Positions 23,757-33,682 of a stretch of DNA of 64,000 bases are shown here, in pieces (the stretch's first letter is position 1; each line of letters starts with the position of its first letter). The position numbers were made by a program, and so were the translations under genes. Origin of the DNA: Acidimicrobiia bacterium (lineage in GTDB: Bacteria > Actinomycetota > Acidimicrobiia > Spongiisociales > ZC4RG35); contig DATKEA010000126.1 in assembly GCA_035544615.1 (NCBI GenBank), positions 50 to 64,049 on the forward strand, written 5' to 3'. Below the pieces are notes generated by a model, which was not told the DNA's origin, made no database searches, and was given only the letters and a program-made list of their open reading frames with translations.

Positions 23757-24482
23757 TTACTGGGAGGAGAGGGTTTCCTGGAGAGTGAGCAGCCCTCGTC
23801 TCTGCAACGCCTTGACGGCGCCGGGCGTCTTTCCCAACGCCCGGGCAATCTCGTCGATGGTCAAGCCAGCGAGCAGTCGTAGCAGGAGGACGTCGCGCTG
23901 CTCCGGTGTTAGGGCGTCGAGAAAACCGATGATCTCCTCGTCAGTGAGACGATCTATCACCGTAGTGGCCGGGTCCTCAGCGACGACAGCCGGCTCGAGG
24001 TCTTCGCGCAGCTCCACCGGGCGTTTGCTCCGAGCCCGCCGCTCGTCGATCAGCCTCCGGTGGGCAATGGTGAAGACCCATGACCGGAATTGCTGGCTGT
24101 CACCCTCAAAGGCATGGAGTCCACGAACCATCTGGAGAAAGACCTCGCTCAAGAGGTCTTCCGGTTCGGCGGCCCCACGAACCCTGAGATAGCCCAACAG
24201 CGGCCCAGCCAACCCGTCGTAGAGCTGTGACCACGCCCAAGTGCTGCCGGAGCGGGCCTGGCTCAACAAGTGGCCGAACTCGTCGGGAGTCGTCGTGTGC
24301 CGCGACTCGACCGGCTCCTCGACTACCGCGACATCCTCGCGTCGGGTTCTGGCCGAACGCGGAAGATCGCGAGCGATGCGTCTCCCGGGTCCGATCCTCT
24401 GGTGGTGAGAGCGGTTGAACGGCCCGGTGATGTCGGTCACGCGGCCACTTCCCGTGCACACACGCAAAAGGGAGAGCCGCAT
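23757..24482 (-). CDS. ECF-type sigma-70 family RNA polymerase sigma factor
   Basis: Region 2 (EDLLSEVFLQMVRGLHAFEG...FRSWVFTIAHRRLIDERR) and region 4 (LTPEQRDVLLLRLLAGLTIDEIARALGKTPGAVKALQRRG). The true start is probably downstream of 24482. Confidence 0.8.
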   Translation of the reverse strand: MRLSLLRVCTGSGRVTDITGPFNRSHHQRIGPGRRIARDLPRSARTRREDVAVVEEPVESRHTTTPDEFGHLLSQARSGSTWAWSQLYDGLAGPLLGYLRVRGAAEPEDLLSEVFLQMVRGLHAFEGDSQQFRSWVFTIAHRRLIDERRARSKRPVELREDLEPAVVAEDPATTVIDRLTDEEIIGFLDALTPEQRDVLLLRLLAGLTIDEIARALGKTPGAVKALQRRGLLTLQETLSSQ

Positions 24483-24545
24483 CGGATCGGCTCGAACAAC
24501 TCCCGCGGATTCACCCCCAACTTCAACTCCTCACACGCCCTGAAG

Positions 24546-25820
24546 TCAGCCTAGTGGCCCGCTCGGTGGGCCGGGACGAGAGGTTCCTGACCCCGGAGCA
24601 CAAGAACCGTCTCCCAGGGCGAACCGATCGACTATCCGGTCGGAAACCGAGTGGAACTCGAACACGAGGCTGCTGTCACACGCCTCGACGATAACTACGC
24701 CGAAGTCGTCGGCGTATCGCACCTCGCTGCCCTCGATCGGTGGGTCGAACCCGTACAGGGAGCGTCCACCCAGCCCGCTCACGAAATAGGCCAGCCCGTC
24801 GTGGACGATCCGCTCGTAGACATGGTCGTCCCCGGAGAACACAGCGTCGGCGCCCCACTCGTCATACGGCCACTGCATGGAAGGGTCTGAGCCGTGGTTG
24901 TTACCTGACGAGAACGGAGGGATCGCTGAGACAACCAGACGCCATGGTGAAGTGGAGGCGGCGAGCTGTTGCTGTAGCCACTGACCCTGGGGCGATCGGG
25001 GGGTCGTGCCATCGGGTTCCTGTGGCTGCACGTTGAGCACGAAGAAGTGGGCCGGCCCCATGACGAAGTCGTAGTACCGCTCGTTCCCGGAGGTGCCTGT
25101 AGTCTCGATCCGGTCCCCGGGGAGGGTGAAGAACGCGAGGTACGGGTCGATGCCACCGTCCGAGTATTCGTGATCACCCAGTGCCGGAAAGAATCGGTTC
25201 ACCGGGGCTCCATCGCCATGCACCCCTCGGTACGAGCCGACATAGTCGCTGTACAGGTTGCCGACGTGGAGGTCGTAGTCCGGGAAGTCATAGCTGTTGT
25301 CTCCGGTGGTGACGATGAAGTCGGGGTCGAGCCGTTTCACCAGGGCGGCCACCCGCGTCGCCCCTTCGGAGTTGTCGCCGAAGTCGCCGAATACGGCAAA
25401 TCGGACCGTCGATCCGGAGACCTCCACCGGTCTGACGTGAACCACGACGTTGGCCCGTGCACAGTTGCTTTCTGAATCGCAGACCTCGTACTCGAGGTCG
25501 TCACTGCCCGCGAATTCCTCGGCTGGGGAGTAGACGATTGACCCGTCGAGATCGACGCGAGCCGTGCCCGATGTGGGTGCTCTGGTGATGGCAACGCTCA
25601 GGCCATCGAGGTCGCCGTCCGAATCGCTGTCGTTTGAGGTCACCGCCGCCGATGCGGGTGATGCCTCGGTGGGCAGGGAGATGACGTCGTCGTTCGCCAC
25701 GGGCGGGGTACCCGAGGTGGCGGGAGGTGCCGGTGGCGGATAGAGCAGTAGGGAGGCGACGAAGAGCAAAGCGAGGGCCAGGAGCACAAGAGTTCGTCGC
25801 CGGTTCTTCGACAGTTCCAT
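24546..25820 (-). CDS. secreted/membrane-anchored metallophosphoesterase with an N-terminal cadherin-like domain
   Basis: Signal/anchor LVLLALALLFVASLLL. VANDDVISL...NDSDSDGDLDG cadherin-like module. FAVFGDFGD...TTGDNSY...GDHEY calcineurin-like motifs. Confidence 0.8.
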   Translation of the reverse strand: MELSKNRRRTLVLLALALLFVASLLLYPPPAPPATSGTPPVANDDVISLPTEASPASAAVTSNDSDSDGDLDGLSVAITRAPTSGTARVDLDGSIVYSPAEEFAGSDDLEYEVCDSESNCARANVVVHVRPVEVSGSTVRFAVFGDFGDNSEGATRVAALVKRLDPDFIVTTGDNSYDFPDYDLHVGNLYSDYVGSYRGVHGDGAPVNRFFPALGDHEYSDGGIDPYLAFFTLPGDRIETTGTSGNERYYDFVMGPAHFFVLNVQPQEPDGTTPRSPQGQWLQQQLAASTSPWRLVVSAIPPFSSGNNHGSDPSMQWPYDEWGADAVFSGDDHVYERIVHDGLAYFVSGLGGRSLYGFDPPIEGSEVRYADDFGVVIVEACDSSLVFEFHSVSDRIVDRFALGDGSCAPGSGTSRPGPPSGPLG

Positions 25821-26770
25821 CAGCGCATCGCCAATCGCACCACAGCCCGATGCCATTTGAGGGCCCAATCCTCCACCACACCCCATCGGCGGTGGGTGCG
25901 GGTCGCCACCTCGGCGGCAGTCCAGATCGAGGCCAGCTCGGCCTCGTCACCGCGTCGCAGGGGTAGCCCGCGGTGCCGCCTGTAGGTTTCGCTGAAGGAC
26001 ATCAGGTCGTGCTCCGGCCCTTCCAGGCCGAGGGTGAGATTGGAGAGCGGGTAGAGGAACTCGTCTGCGACAGGACTCGGCGACCAATGAGCATTCTCCC
26101 AATCGATGATTGTGAACCCACTCCCGTTTATCCGCCAGTTGCCGGGCCAGAAGTCGCCGTGAACCAGGATCTCGGTAGAGCTGGCCGCAAACTCCGACGT
26201 TACCGATTCTGCAGCATGTTGTAGCCGCTTGCCCACCGGATCCGGCGGCTCGAAGATCTCGATGTAGGTCTTGACGATCAGCTCCGGTTGGCGGAGGTCC
26301 ACGGCGCCGAGGGGTCGCTCCGACCTCCCGTGGAGGTCGGCCAACCATGCGGCCAGTCGGTCGGTGACCGGTGCACGCGATGCGGGGGCGAGACGGTCCC
26401 AACGAAGACCCTCCGGGGCGAACTCGGATATCAGATAGAGGTCCTGACCGGCCCGGATCAGGCCGAAGGGACGGGGCACGGTTTCCTCTTGTTCCGGGCC
26501 GAGCGCCAGGCGGGCCTCGTTCGATCGCTCACTCTCGTGCTGAACCACGAAACCGAATCTCGGATCCCGGCTCACCTTGGCGACCAGGGTCGGCCGGCGG
26601 GTCGTCGAGTCGATTGCGTAGAGGATGACCGAGGTTTGCGCGGTGGGTCGCGCGGTGGATTCGAGGACCCATTCGAGGGAGGGGGCGCCGCTTCCGAGCC
26701 AGCGGGGCCACTCCTTCGCCACGAGCTCGGTCAGCAGGTCGATCAGTCCTCCGGTTTGCGGACGGCTCAA
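25820..26770 (-). CDS. aminoglycoside/choline-kinase-like phosphotransferase (APH fold)
   Basis: ILVHGDFWPGNWRINGSGFTIIDWENAHW is the catalytic-loop/DxD pattern of the APH family. TTG start overlaps the upstream stop. Confidence 0.75.
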   Translation of the reverse strand: MSRPQTGGLIDLLTELVAKEWPRWLGSGAPSLEWVLESTARPTAQTSVILYAIDSTTRRPTLVAKVSRDPRFGFVVQHESERSNEARLALGPEQEETVPRPFGLIRAGQDLYLISEFAPEGLRWDRLAPASRAPVTDRLAAWLADLHGRSERPLGAVDLRQPELIVKTYIEIFEPPDPVGKRLQHAAESVTSEFAASSTEILVHGDFWPGNWRINGSGFTIIDWENAHWSPSPVADEFLYPLSNLTLGLEGPEHDLMSFSETYRRHRGLPLRRGDEAELASIWTAAEVATRTHRRWGVVEDWALKWHRAVVRLAMR

Positions 26771-27549
26771 GGCCCATCACCGCGAAGCCGGCAGACGATG
26801 AAACCGCCAGGGAGAGCCGACATGGCGAGGCCGACGATTGGCCCCAACCTGAGCGTCGCCCATATCCAGCCCCAGGCCGGTCGGCGGGAGAGCAAGAACC
26901 GCTCGATGGCAAACGCGGCGGCCGCCCGGGTGAACGGGAACACGTACTCCGGCACCCAGGGGTCGGGGAGAGCCCCGTACACAGCCTGCGCCTCGAGCCT
27001 CGTCCCTCGGAGGAGCCGGCGCGCCGATCGTGCCTGGAAGGCCATCGGCCTATAGAGCCTTGTCCTTGCCCGGCGGTGCGGAGTGCATACGACCACGACC
27101 CCCTCTGAGGGGTCCAGGACACGCTCGATCGACGCAACCGAGTCCCGGGACTCGAGGCGGATGGCAACGATGATTAGCTGAAACGTTTGGGGTGGCTTCG
27201 GTATCTCATCCCAGCCCGGGACCTCGGTCGCCTCGAACACCGATTGGAGATCCGGGTATACGCCACCTATGACCAGCGCCCGACCGCTCCTCGGCAGGAC
27301 GCCGAGATGGCGCCAGTCGGCCAGGAGGGCGCCGGGCTCTGTACGGGATACTGCCACCAGGACAGCGTATCCCGGGCTCGTCCAACCCGAAGAGGTCGGA
27401 ACCGTGGTTAGTCTGCGCGCGGTCGTGGGCAGCTTGAGAGATGAGACGAGACGCCACAGAATTTCCTCATCCGCCAAGGCACGAGGCAGAAGGGCCCTCG
27501 GGAGCATTGGCTCACCATTCGGAAAAGCACTGTTGCGGCGATCGCTCAC
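26767..27549 (-). CDS. hypothetical protein
   Basis: 260-aa ORF coupled to the kinase gene. No motif recognised. The start could be 27507. Confidence 0.5.
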   Translation of the reverse strand: MSDRRNSAFPNGEPMLPRALLPRALADEEILWRLVSSLKLPTTARRLTTVPTSSGWTSPGYAVLVAVSRTEPGALLADWRHLGVLPRSGRALVIGGVYPDLQSVFEATEVPGWDEIPKPPQTFQLIIVAIRLESRDSVASIERVLDPSEGVVVVCTPHRRARTRLYRPMAFQARSARRLLRGTRLEAQAVYGALPDPWVPEYVFPFTRAAAAFAIERFLLSRRPAWGWIWATLRLGPIVGLAMSALPGGFIVCRLRGDGP

Positions 27550-27550
27550 C

Positions 27551-28510
27551 GTGGTTTGCTATCACCGTATCGTCGAGCATGTGGAGCGGGGGCTGTTTCC
27601 GGAGGTGGCGAGCGCTAGCCCCACGATGCTCGAGCAGCACCTGGACATGATGGGGGAGGATCACCAGTTCGTCACGCTCGAAGACGTCGTCGCCTGGCTG
27701 GGCGGCGGGGTGGCGCTTCCGTCCCGGGCGCTACTCCTGACCTTCGACGACGGCTACAGGGACAACTACGACACGGCATTCCCGATCCTGCGAAGAAGGG
27801 GACTGCCGGCGACCTTCTTCATCGCCACCCGGCACATGGACACCGGAGAATTGCTGTGGTGGGACATGGCATCGACGCTCATCTCGGAGGCGACCAGCAC
27901 TGTTGTGGACCTTCCCTTGCTTGGGCCTGTCACCCTGCCAGGGCCCGACGAACGCACCTCGCTCGCCCGACGCTGGATCTCGGCAGCCAAGCTCCTGCCC
28001 AATACGGCTCGACTGGAAGCACTCGACTCCCTGGCCCAATCCGTATGCGTGACGCCCATGCCCCGACCCTCCGTCGCGATGAGCTGGGATCAGGCGAGGG
28101 AGATGGCCGACGCCGGGATGACCCTCGGCGGTCACACCAGTTCCCACCCGATCCTCAGCCGAATGTCCCCCTCCGATGCTCGCCGAGACATCGCCGACGG
28201 GCTGGACAGGATCAGAGAGGAGGTGGGACGGGCTGTCGTCTCGTTCGCCTATCCGAATGGCGAGCGGGGCGATTTCGATCTGGTTCACAAGCAGGCACTG
28301 GCAGATCTCGGCGTGGTGCTCGCCTTCAGCCTGGTGAGTGGGCCCGCCCGGTTGAGCGAGGTCACCGCAGATCCCTACGGGGTGAGACGCATCTACGTGG
28401 GGCGGGGTGACGATTCAGATCGGCTTCGTCTCAAGCTGCTCGGTTGGAGTCGGGTATTCGAGATGGCTTCACGGATGCGGGGTGCTGATGACGGTCAAGA
28501 AAACACGTGA
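27551..28510 (+). CDS. polysaccharide deacetylase (NodB homology domain)
   Basis: VCYHRI...LLLTFDDGYRDNYDTAFPILRRRGLPATFFIAT...GGHTSSHP. GTG 27551 is preferred because the tracked 27269 start is an Arg-rich antisense shadow of the 26767-27549 gene. Confidence 0.7.
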   Translation: MVCYHRIVEHVERGLFPEVASASPTMLEQHLDMMGEDHQFVTLEDVVAWLGGGVALPSRALLLTFDDGYRDNYDTAFPILRRRGLPATFFIATRHMDTGELLWWDMASTLISEATSTVVDLPLLGPVTLPGPDERTSLARRWISAAKLLPNTARLEALDSLAQSVCVTPMPRPSVAMSWDQAREMADAGMTLGGHTSSHPILSRMSPSDARRDIADGLDRIREEVGRAVVSFAYPNGERGDFDLVHKQALADLGVVLAFSLVSGPARLSEVTADPYGVRRIYVGRGDDSDRLRLKLLGWSRVFEMASRMRGADDGQENT

Positions 28511-28565
28511 TGATCCGATTGAAAAGGTGTCCAAGCGGGAAAGTGTCCGATCGAACTATTCGAGG

Positions 28566-30044
28566 ATGGCGTTGATCCGGTTCACCCTGTTGCTGCTCCT
28601 GGCGTTGCTGCCACCAGGAGGGACTTTCGTCGATGACGACGGGAGCGTCCATGAAGGCAGCATCGAGGCGATTGCAGCCGAGGGACTGACAGTGGGGTGC
28701 AACCCTCCGCAGAGCGATCGGTACTGCCCGACGCGGACCGTGACCCGTGGCGAGATGGCGGCCTTCCTGGCCAGGGCGTTGACCCTCGGGGCGACCGGTG
28801 ACGACTTCTTCGTCGATGACGACGGCCACCTGTTCGAGGGCGCGATCAATCGGTTGGCCGAGGCCGGGGTGACCGAAGGTTGCAATCCGCCGGCTAACGA
28901 TGGTTTCTGTCCAGACCGCGTCATGACCAGAGGTGAGATGGCGGCGATGCTGAGCCGGGCCTTTCACTATCCGGATTCAGGTGTCGACCGCTTTCGAGAC
29001 GACGACGGCCATCTCTTCGAGGCCGCCATCAACCGGTTGGCTGCTGCGGGAGTCACCTCGGGCTGCAACCCGCCCGCCAATGATCGCTTCTGTCCCGGAG
29101 CGAAGATCACACGCGACCAGATGGCGACGTTCCTGACCCGATCCCTCGAGCTGACTCCGCTCAAGCCACCGTCGGTCGACTCGCCAATGGGTGCCCGGTA
29201 CTGGTCCCCTTCCAGCCCGTTCAACACGCCGATACCGGGGAGCCCGCGTCTCGACCCGGAGAGCACGGCGATGACGGCTCACCTCTCGACCAAAGTCGTC
29301 TTCGACCTGTACGAGTTCGGGATCGCCGTAAACCTCGTCAACGGCTCGACCCCCCAGACCGACGTATACTGCCTGGCCGACTGGGGAGATTGTCCGACCG
29401 ACTCCCTGAACCCGATCCCGGTCCCGTCAGACCTGACCGTCCCGCCAGGGTCGGACGGGAACACGGTCCTCGTGGACTGGTCGAACCGGAGGGCGGTATC
29501 CCTTCACCAGCCCCAGGCCAACTCGAACGGCTCCTGGTCCGCCACCTGGGTCACTGTGGCCAACCTGAACGGCTCCGGAGTGCCGCCCGAAGGTGGGAAC
29601 GGCTCGGGCGTCTCCCACCTCGCCGGTGTGGTCGAGCTCGATGAGATCGTCGGCGGGCACATCGACCATGCCCTCGTCTTCTCCACCGACATCGCCTGCC
29701 AGGGCCTCCTCCGTTACCCGGCCAGAAAAACCGACGGCCAGTCCACCCGTCCCGACTGCGTGCCCCAAGGGGCCCGGGTTCAGCTCGACCCCTCGATAAA
29801 CGTCGATCTGCTCGCCGTGCCTGAAGGAGTCAAGACCGTGGCCAGGGCTCTCCAGGAGTACGGGGCCTATGCGGTCGACCGCGGGGGCGCCCCCATGGCC
29901 CTGTACTTTCAGGTCGCGCCCGACGCCAGGGCCGGCTTCCCCGGCAGGGTCTACGTCGACGCCGGGATGACGAAGGACTACTTCTCGACGAGTGGAGTGC
30001 CCTGGCATCGCCTGCGGGTGCTCCACGCCTGGGACGGCAGCTGA
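28566..30044 (+). CDS. secreted protein with three SLH-like repeats and an uncharacterised C-terminal domain
   Basis: Signal peptide MALIRFTLLLLLALLPP. Three repeats follow the pattern F(V/R)DDDG..(H)..I..LA.AG(L/V)T.GCNPP..D.(Y/F)CP...(V/I)TR(G/D)(E/Q)MA.FL(A/T/S)R. The start could be 28488. Confidence 0.65.
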   Translation: MALIRFTLLLLLALLPPGGTFVDDDGSVHEGSIEAIAAEGLTVGCNPPQSDRYCPTRTVTRGEMAAFLARALTLGATGDDFFVDDDGHLFEGAINRLAEAGVTEGCNPPANDGFCPDRVMTRGEMAAMLSRAFHYPDSGVDRFRDDDGHLFEAAINRLAAAGVTSGCNPPANDRFCPGAKITRDQMATFLTRSLELTPLKPPSVDSPMGARYWSPSSPFNTPIPGSPRLDPESTAMTAHLSTKVVFDLYEFGIAVNLVNGSTPQTDVYCLADWGDCPTDSLNPIPVPSDLTVPPGSDGNTVLVDWSNRRAVSLHQPQANSNGSWSATWVTVANLNGSGVPPEGGNGSGVSHLAGVVELDEIVGGHIDHALVFSTDIACQGLLRYPARKTDGQSTRPDCVPQGARVQLDPSINVDLLAVPEGVKTVARALQEYGAYAVDRGGAPMALYFQVAPDARAGFPGRVYVDAGMTKDYFSTSGVPWHRLRVLHAWDGS

Positions 30045-30051
30045 GCGCTCA

Positions 30052-31290
30052 CTACTGATTCGGCGAGCTGAGGGTCTCAGCTGACTCCAGCACCCGGGCG
30101 GCGACCTCCGACCATCGGAAGCGTGCCCGGTCCCGGGTGACGGCCGCGCCCATCCGCTCGATGAGGTCGTCGTCCAACAACATTCGCTCCAGCGCGGCGG
30201 ACAGGGCGGGAACATCGCCGGGCTCGACCAGCAAGCCGTTGACCTCATTCTCGATCACATCGACGATGCCGCCGGTCCTGGTGGCCAAGACGGGTTTGCC
30301 GAAGGTGATGGCGACGTGGAGTGGGCCGCTCTGGGTGGCGCTGCGATAGGGGAGGGCGACGAAGCGGGCAAGCCGGTACATGGGAGCTACCAGCTCGTTG
30401 GGGAAGTAGCCGAAGTCGAATCGGACCGCATCGGTGATGCCCAGGGCTCGAGCCTGTTCGACCAGCGCCCCCGCGTCCACATCGGGGCTCGGATACCCCA
30501 CGACCAACAGCCTCGCATTTGGGGGACGTTTCGCCCCGGCGAAACCCGCCAAGAGGTCACCGACCCCTTTGCTCGGCCGGAGGTTTCCGAAGAACAAGAC
30601 CACCGCGTCGTCGTCCTCGATCCCGAAACGCCCGTCGAGGTCGGCATCGGAGTCGGCGAGGAGCTCGAACATCTCCCCGTCGCCGTGGGGGATGACCCGG
30701 AGTCTCGAACCGGGAACCCGAGGATGGAGAAGGGCGTATCTATCCCGCACACTCGCCCCGAGGAAGAGGCGAAGGTCGATCGACCTCGATCCGGTGCCGG
30801 CCAGCATTCGCTCCAAACGAGCTGCGAGAGGATTGACTGCGTCGCGGGGCTCGAACTCATGTGACACCTCGATGAGGGTGGCCCCGGCCCGCTTCAGCTT
30901 CGCCATCATCAGCTCGCGACCCGGCAGGGGGAAAGGCCGTACCAACACGATGTCCGGTCGGCCCGAGGCGACGAGTCCCACCACGCGCCACATCTCGCTG
31001 CTCAACCTCAGGGCACGCCAGGCCCTGCGGATCACCTTCCGGTGGAGACGACCCATCCACGAGTCGACCTGGGGGTTGGACCGACCTGAATCCATCCGCG
31101 ACCAGAGCGTGAACTCGGTCTTCACTTCGAAGTCGTGAGGGAGACCGCTCAGTTCGTAGTCGTGTGCCGTGATCAGCGTCACTCGCGCCCCCAACCCACT
31201 CAACCCGCGACCCAGCATGTAGGCGAAGTGGACCATCCCACCGCTGGCGTCGGGCTCGATGATGACTATCCGCATCGACGATGTCATCAA
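30052..31290 (-). CDS. GT4-family (group 1) glycosyltransferase
   Basis: The C-terminal EGFGLP-like region (ATQSGPLHVAITFGKPVLATRTGGIVDVIENEVNGLLVEPGD) is typical of GT-B group 1 enzymes. Confidence 0.85.
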   Translation of the reverse strand: MMTSSMRIVIIEPDASGGMVHFAYMLGRGLSGLGARVTLITAHDYELSGLPHDFEVKTEFTLWSRMDSGRSNPQVDSWMGRLHRKVIRRAWRALRLSSEMWRVVGLVASGRPDIVLVRPFPLPGRELMMAKLKRAGATLIEVSHEFEPRDAVNPLAARLERMLAGTGSRSIDLRLFLGASVRDRYALLHPRVPGSRLRVIPHGDGEMFELLADSDADLDGRFGIEDDDAVVLFFGNLRPSKGVGDLLAGFAGAKRPPNARLLVVGYPSPDVDAGALVEQARALGITDAVRFDFGYFPNELVAPMYRLARFVALPYRSATQSGPLHVAITFGKPVLATRTGGIVDVIENEVNGLLVEPGDVPALSAALERMLLDDDLIERMGAAVTRDRARFRWSEVAARVLESAETLSSPNQ

Positions 31291-32825
31291 ACCGGACCCT
31301 GCTCGAGGCGCGGGGCCCTGATCAGCATGGCCATGCGACGGAGTGCATCCCTCTCCAGCAGCCAGATGGCGCCCAGATATGTCACGGCCCCGGTAAGGCT
31401 CGTCACGACCAGTTGGATCAGCGGGCGCGCTCCGTCCAACACATACAAAGTCGCCACCGAGACCAGGGCCAGGGGTACGGCCGCGACCACCGCCGGGATG
31501 AACTGGGCGACGACATCGGTCACCCTCATGTCCAGCTGACGGGAGATGAGATACACCCGCAGTAACTTGTCGAGCACGGTGGCGATGAGGAGGGCGATGG
31601 CCACAGCCACCAACCCGTACGGGGTGGCTATTAGGAGGGCCGGCACGAGGACCGCCAAACGCAGACCTGTGATCCTGGCCAGAAAGCCCGGCCGGCCCAT
31701 CGCCTTGTACACGTCCCCATCGTTCGACATCAGCGAGCGAACCCAGGCGAAAGCGGCGAGGACTCGCAGCACAGGCACCACCTCCAGCCAGTCCTCACCG
31801 AGCATCACCAAGACCAAGGGCTCCGCCACGACGAACAGCCCGACACAGATCGGGGTGGTGAAGATCACGACATACCTGATCGACGCGGCGAAACCGCGAC
31901 GGAGCGAGTTCATCGAGTCCCTCGCCTTGGTGAAAGCGGGAAACATCGTGCGGCTCAGCACAGACACCACTCCCAGCACCAGCAACTCCGGGATCCGGTA
32001 CGCCAGCGTGTAGATGCCGAGCGCAGTGGCGCCGAGGACGCGGCCCACGATCAGATAGTCGATGTTGCCGGTGACGACATAGATCAGGTCGACCACGAAC
32101 AGGGGCAACCCATAGGCCAGGAGCGACCGGGTCAGATCCCGGTCGAACGCCAACCGCGGCCGCCACTTGACCACCACCCAAGCCAGCACCACGGTGACAA
32201 GAGCCCCGGCGACGTGTCCGAGAACCAGCGCCCAGACGCCGAACCCGGCCACGGCGAGCACCACGGATGCCGCACCTTTGACCAAGGCGCCACCGACGTC
32301 GGGGAACATCTTGCGTCGGAAGTCGAGCTCCTTCTGCAGCAGGATCAGGTGAACCGACCCCAAAGGCGCGATCAGGAAGGTCACACTGAGTACCCGCATC
32401 AGCGAGGCGACCTCAGGTTCATCGAAGAACTGAGCAGCCAGCGGAGCGGTCAACAGCCCGACCAGGAACAGAACCACTCCAAGGACGAGGTTCCAGGAAA
32501 ACACAACGTGTGCCGCTCGATCTGCGTTCTCCCGCCGGTAAATGAGAGCCCCGGCCAGACCAAGGTCTTGGGCTATGGAGAGATAGGTGATCGCCACGAT
32601 GGCGAAACCGACCACCCCGAACTCGGCCGGGGTGAGCAGCCTGGCCAGAATGGCCGTCGCCACGAGGGTGAGCGCCTTGCTCGAGGCGAACGCGCCGTAA
32701 CCCCAGAGGGCCCCATGGGCGGTGCGCCGGGAGAGCTGGTCGCCAGACTCAGTCACCAGCGGCTCCATCGGCGGGAAGCGCTCAGACCGATCAAACCAGG
32801 GGCCAGAGGGCGCTCCATCGGTCAA
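31287..32825 (-). CDS. polysaccharide/oligosaccharide flippase (MOP/Wzx-like)
   Basis: About 14 predicted TM helices. The N-terminus GALWGYGAFASSKALTLVATAILARLLTPAEFG is typical of Wzx/PST flippases. Confidence 0.85.
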   Translation of the reverse strand: MTDGAPSGPWFDRSERFPPMEPLVTESGDQLSRRTAHGALWGYGAFASSKALTLVATAILARLLTPAEFGVVGFAIVAITYLSIAQDLGLAGALIYRRENADRAAHVVFSWNLVLGVVLFLVGLLTAPLAAQFFDEPEVASLMRVLSVTFLIAPLGSVHLILLQKELDFRRKMFPDVGGALVKGAASVVLAVAGFGVWALVLGHVAGALVTVVLAWVVVKWRPRLAFDRDLTRSLLAYGLPLFVVDLIYVVTGNIDYLIVGRVLGATALGIYTLAYRIPELLVLGVVSVLSRTMFPAFTKARDSMNSLRRGFAASIRYVVIFTTPICVGLFVVAEPLVLVMLGEDWLEVVPVLRVLAAFAWVRSLMSNDGDVYKAMGRPGFLARITGLRLAVLVPALLIATPYGLVAVAIALLIATVLDKLLRVYLISRQLDMRVTDVVAQFIPAVVAAVPLALVSVATLYVLDGARPLIQLVVTSLTGAVTYLGAIWLLERDALRRMAMLIRAPRLEQGPV

Positions 32826-32828
32826 GGG

Positions 32829-33494
32829 TCACGACTCACCGCCCGCTTCGGCCCGCTCCTGGATCCGGGCGGTCTCGATACCCATGATCGGCGGGGTCTG
32901 CCGATTCGGCACGGGCCACACCACGGCCAGGACGATGCCGAGGAATGCGCCGACCGCGGCTCCGAACAGGGCATCGCGTACCGGTGCCGGCGATGCCGGG
33001 GCCGAGGGGGTCTTGGCCGATTCGAGCAGGATCGCCCTGTAGATCGGGTACAGCGACGCGAGATCTTCGCTGCCGGCGGCGCCGATGATCTGGTTGACCT
33101 CACGAACCGCGTCCGCATCCGGCCCGGAGACGGTGAGTGAGACGACATTCGACTCGGGCAGTACGACACCGGTGCTCTCGAAGTCAGAACCCGCTGAGCC
33201 GATCTCCCTGGCTGCCCGATCCAGCAGCGTCTGACTCTGCAGGATCTCGGCGAAAGTCGCGGTGATCTGGCGATTGCGCAGCACGCCGAGGGCGGCGGCA
33301 ACATCGCCCGAGTCCTCGATCGAGTCCCCCGTGGCGATGACGAAGCTCGACGCCGACTGGTAAACAGGTGGGTTGAGCTGGGGGAGCCAATATGCGGCAA
33401 TCGCTCCCACCAGAGCGATAGCGGCGACCATCCACCAACGGTCGACGATTTGGCGAACGGTCGTGCCCTCGGTTCCCGCCTCCCTCCAGGTCAT
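32829..33494 (-). CDS. Wzz-like chain-length determinant protein (two TM helices)
   Basis: IVDRWWMVAAIALVGAIAAYWLP...ATFAEILQSQTLLDRAAREIG...C-terminal TM helix GAFLGIVLAVVW. Start ATG 33494. Confidence 0.6.
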   Translation of the reverse strand: MTWREAGTEGTTVRQIVDRWWMVAAIALVGAIAAYWLPQLNPPVYQSASSFVIATGDSIEDSGDVAAALGVLRNRQITATFAEILQSQTLLDRAAREIGSAGSDFESTGVVLPESNVVSLTVSGPDADAVREVNQIIGAAGSEDLASLYPIYRAILLESAKTPSAPASPAPVRDALFGAAVGAFLGIVLAVVWPVPNRQTPPIMGIETARIQERAEAGGES

Positions 33495-33597
33495 GATGTG
33501 ATCGCCTCGCCGTCGGGTCCTCTTCGAATCGTGGCTGATGACCAGCAAGCTACCAGGCGCCGTGAGTTTGAATGCCCAGGCCCGACACGGCATCGGG

Positions 33598-33630
33598 CCG
33601 GTTTCTTCCAGGATCGCGGGTTCTCAATGG
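33598..33630 (+). repeat. R7b, degenerate copy retaining the right arm
   Basis: ccggtttcttccaggatcgcgggttctcaatgg, versus R4 ccgtttccctatcgcgggtttgacatgg. Confidence 0.5.
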
Positions 33631-33682
33631 CACGAAGTGGCGATAGATTCTCCCTACAGGTGGGCAAGGGGAGTGCGTCGGA

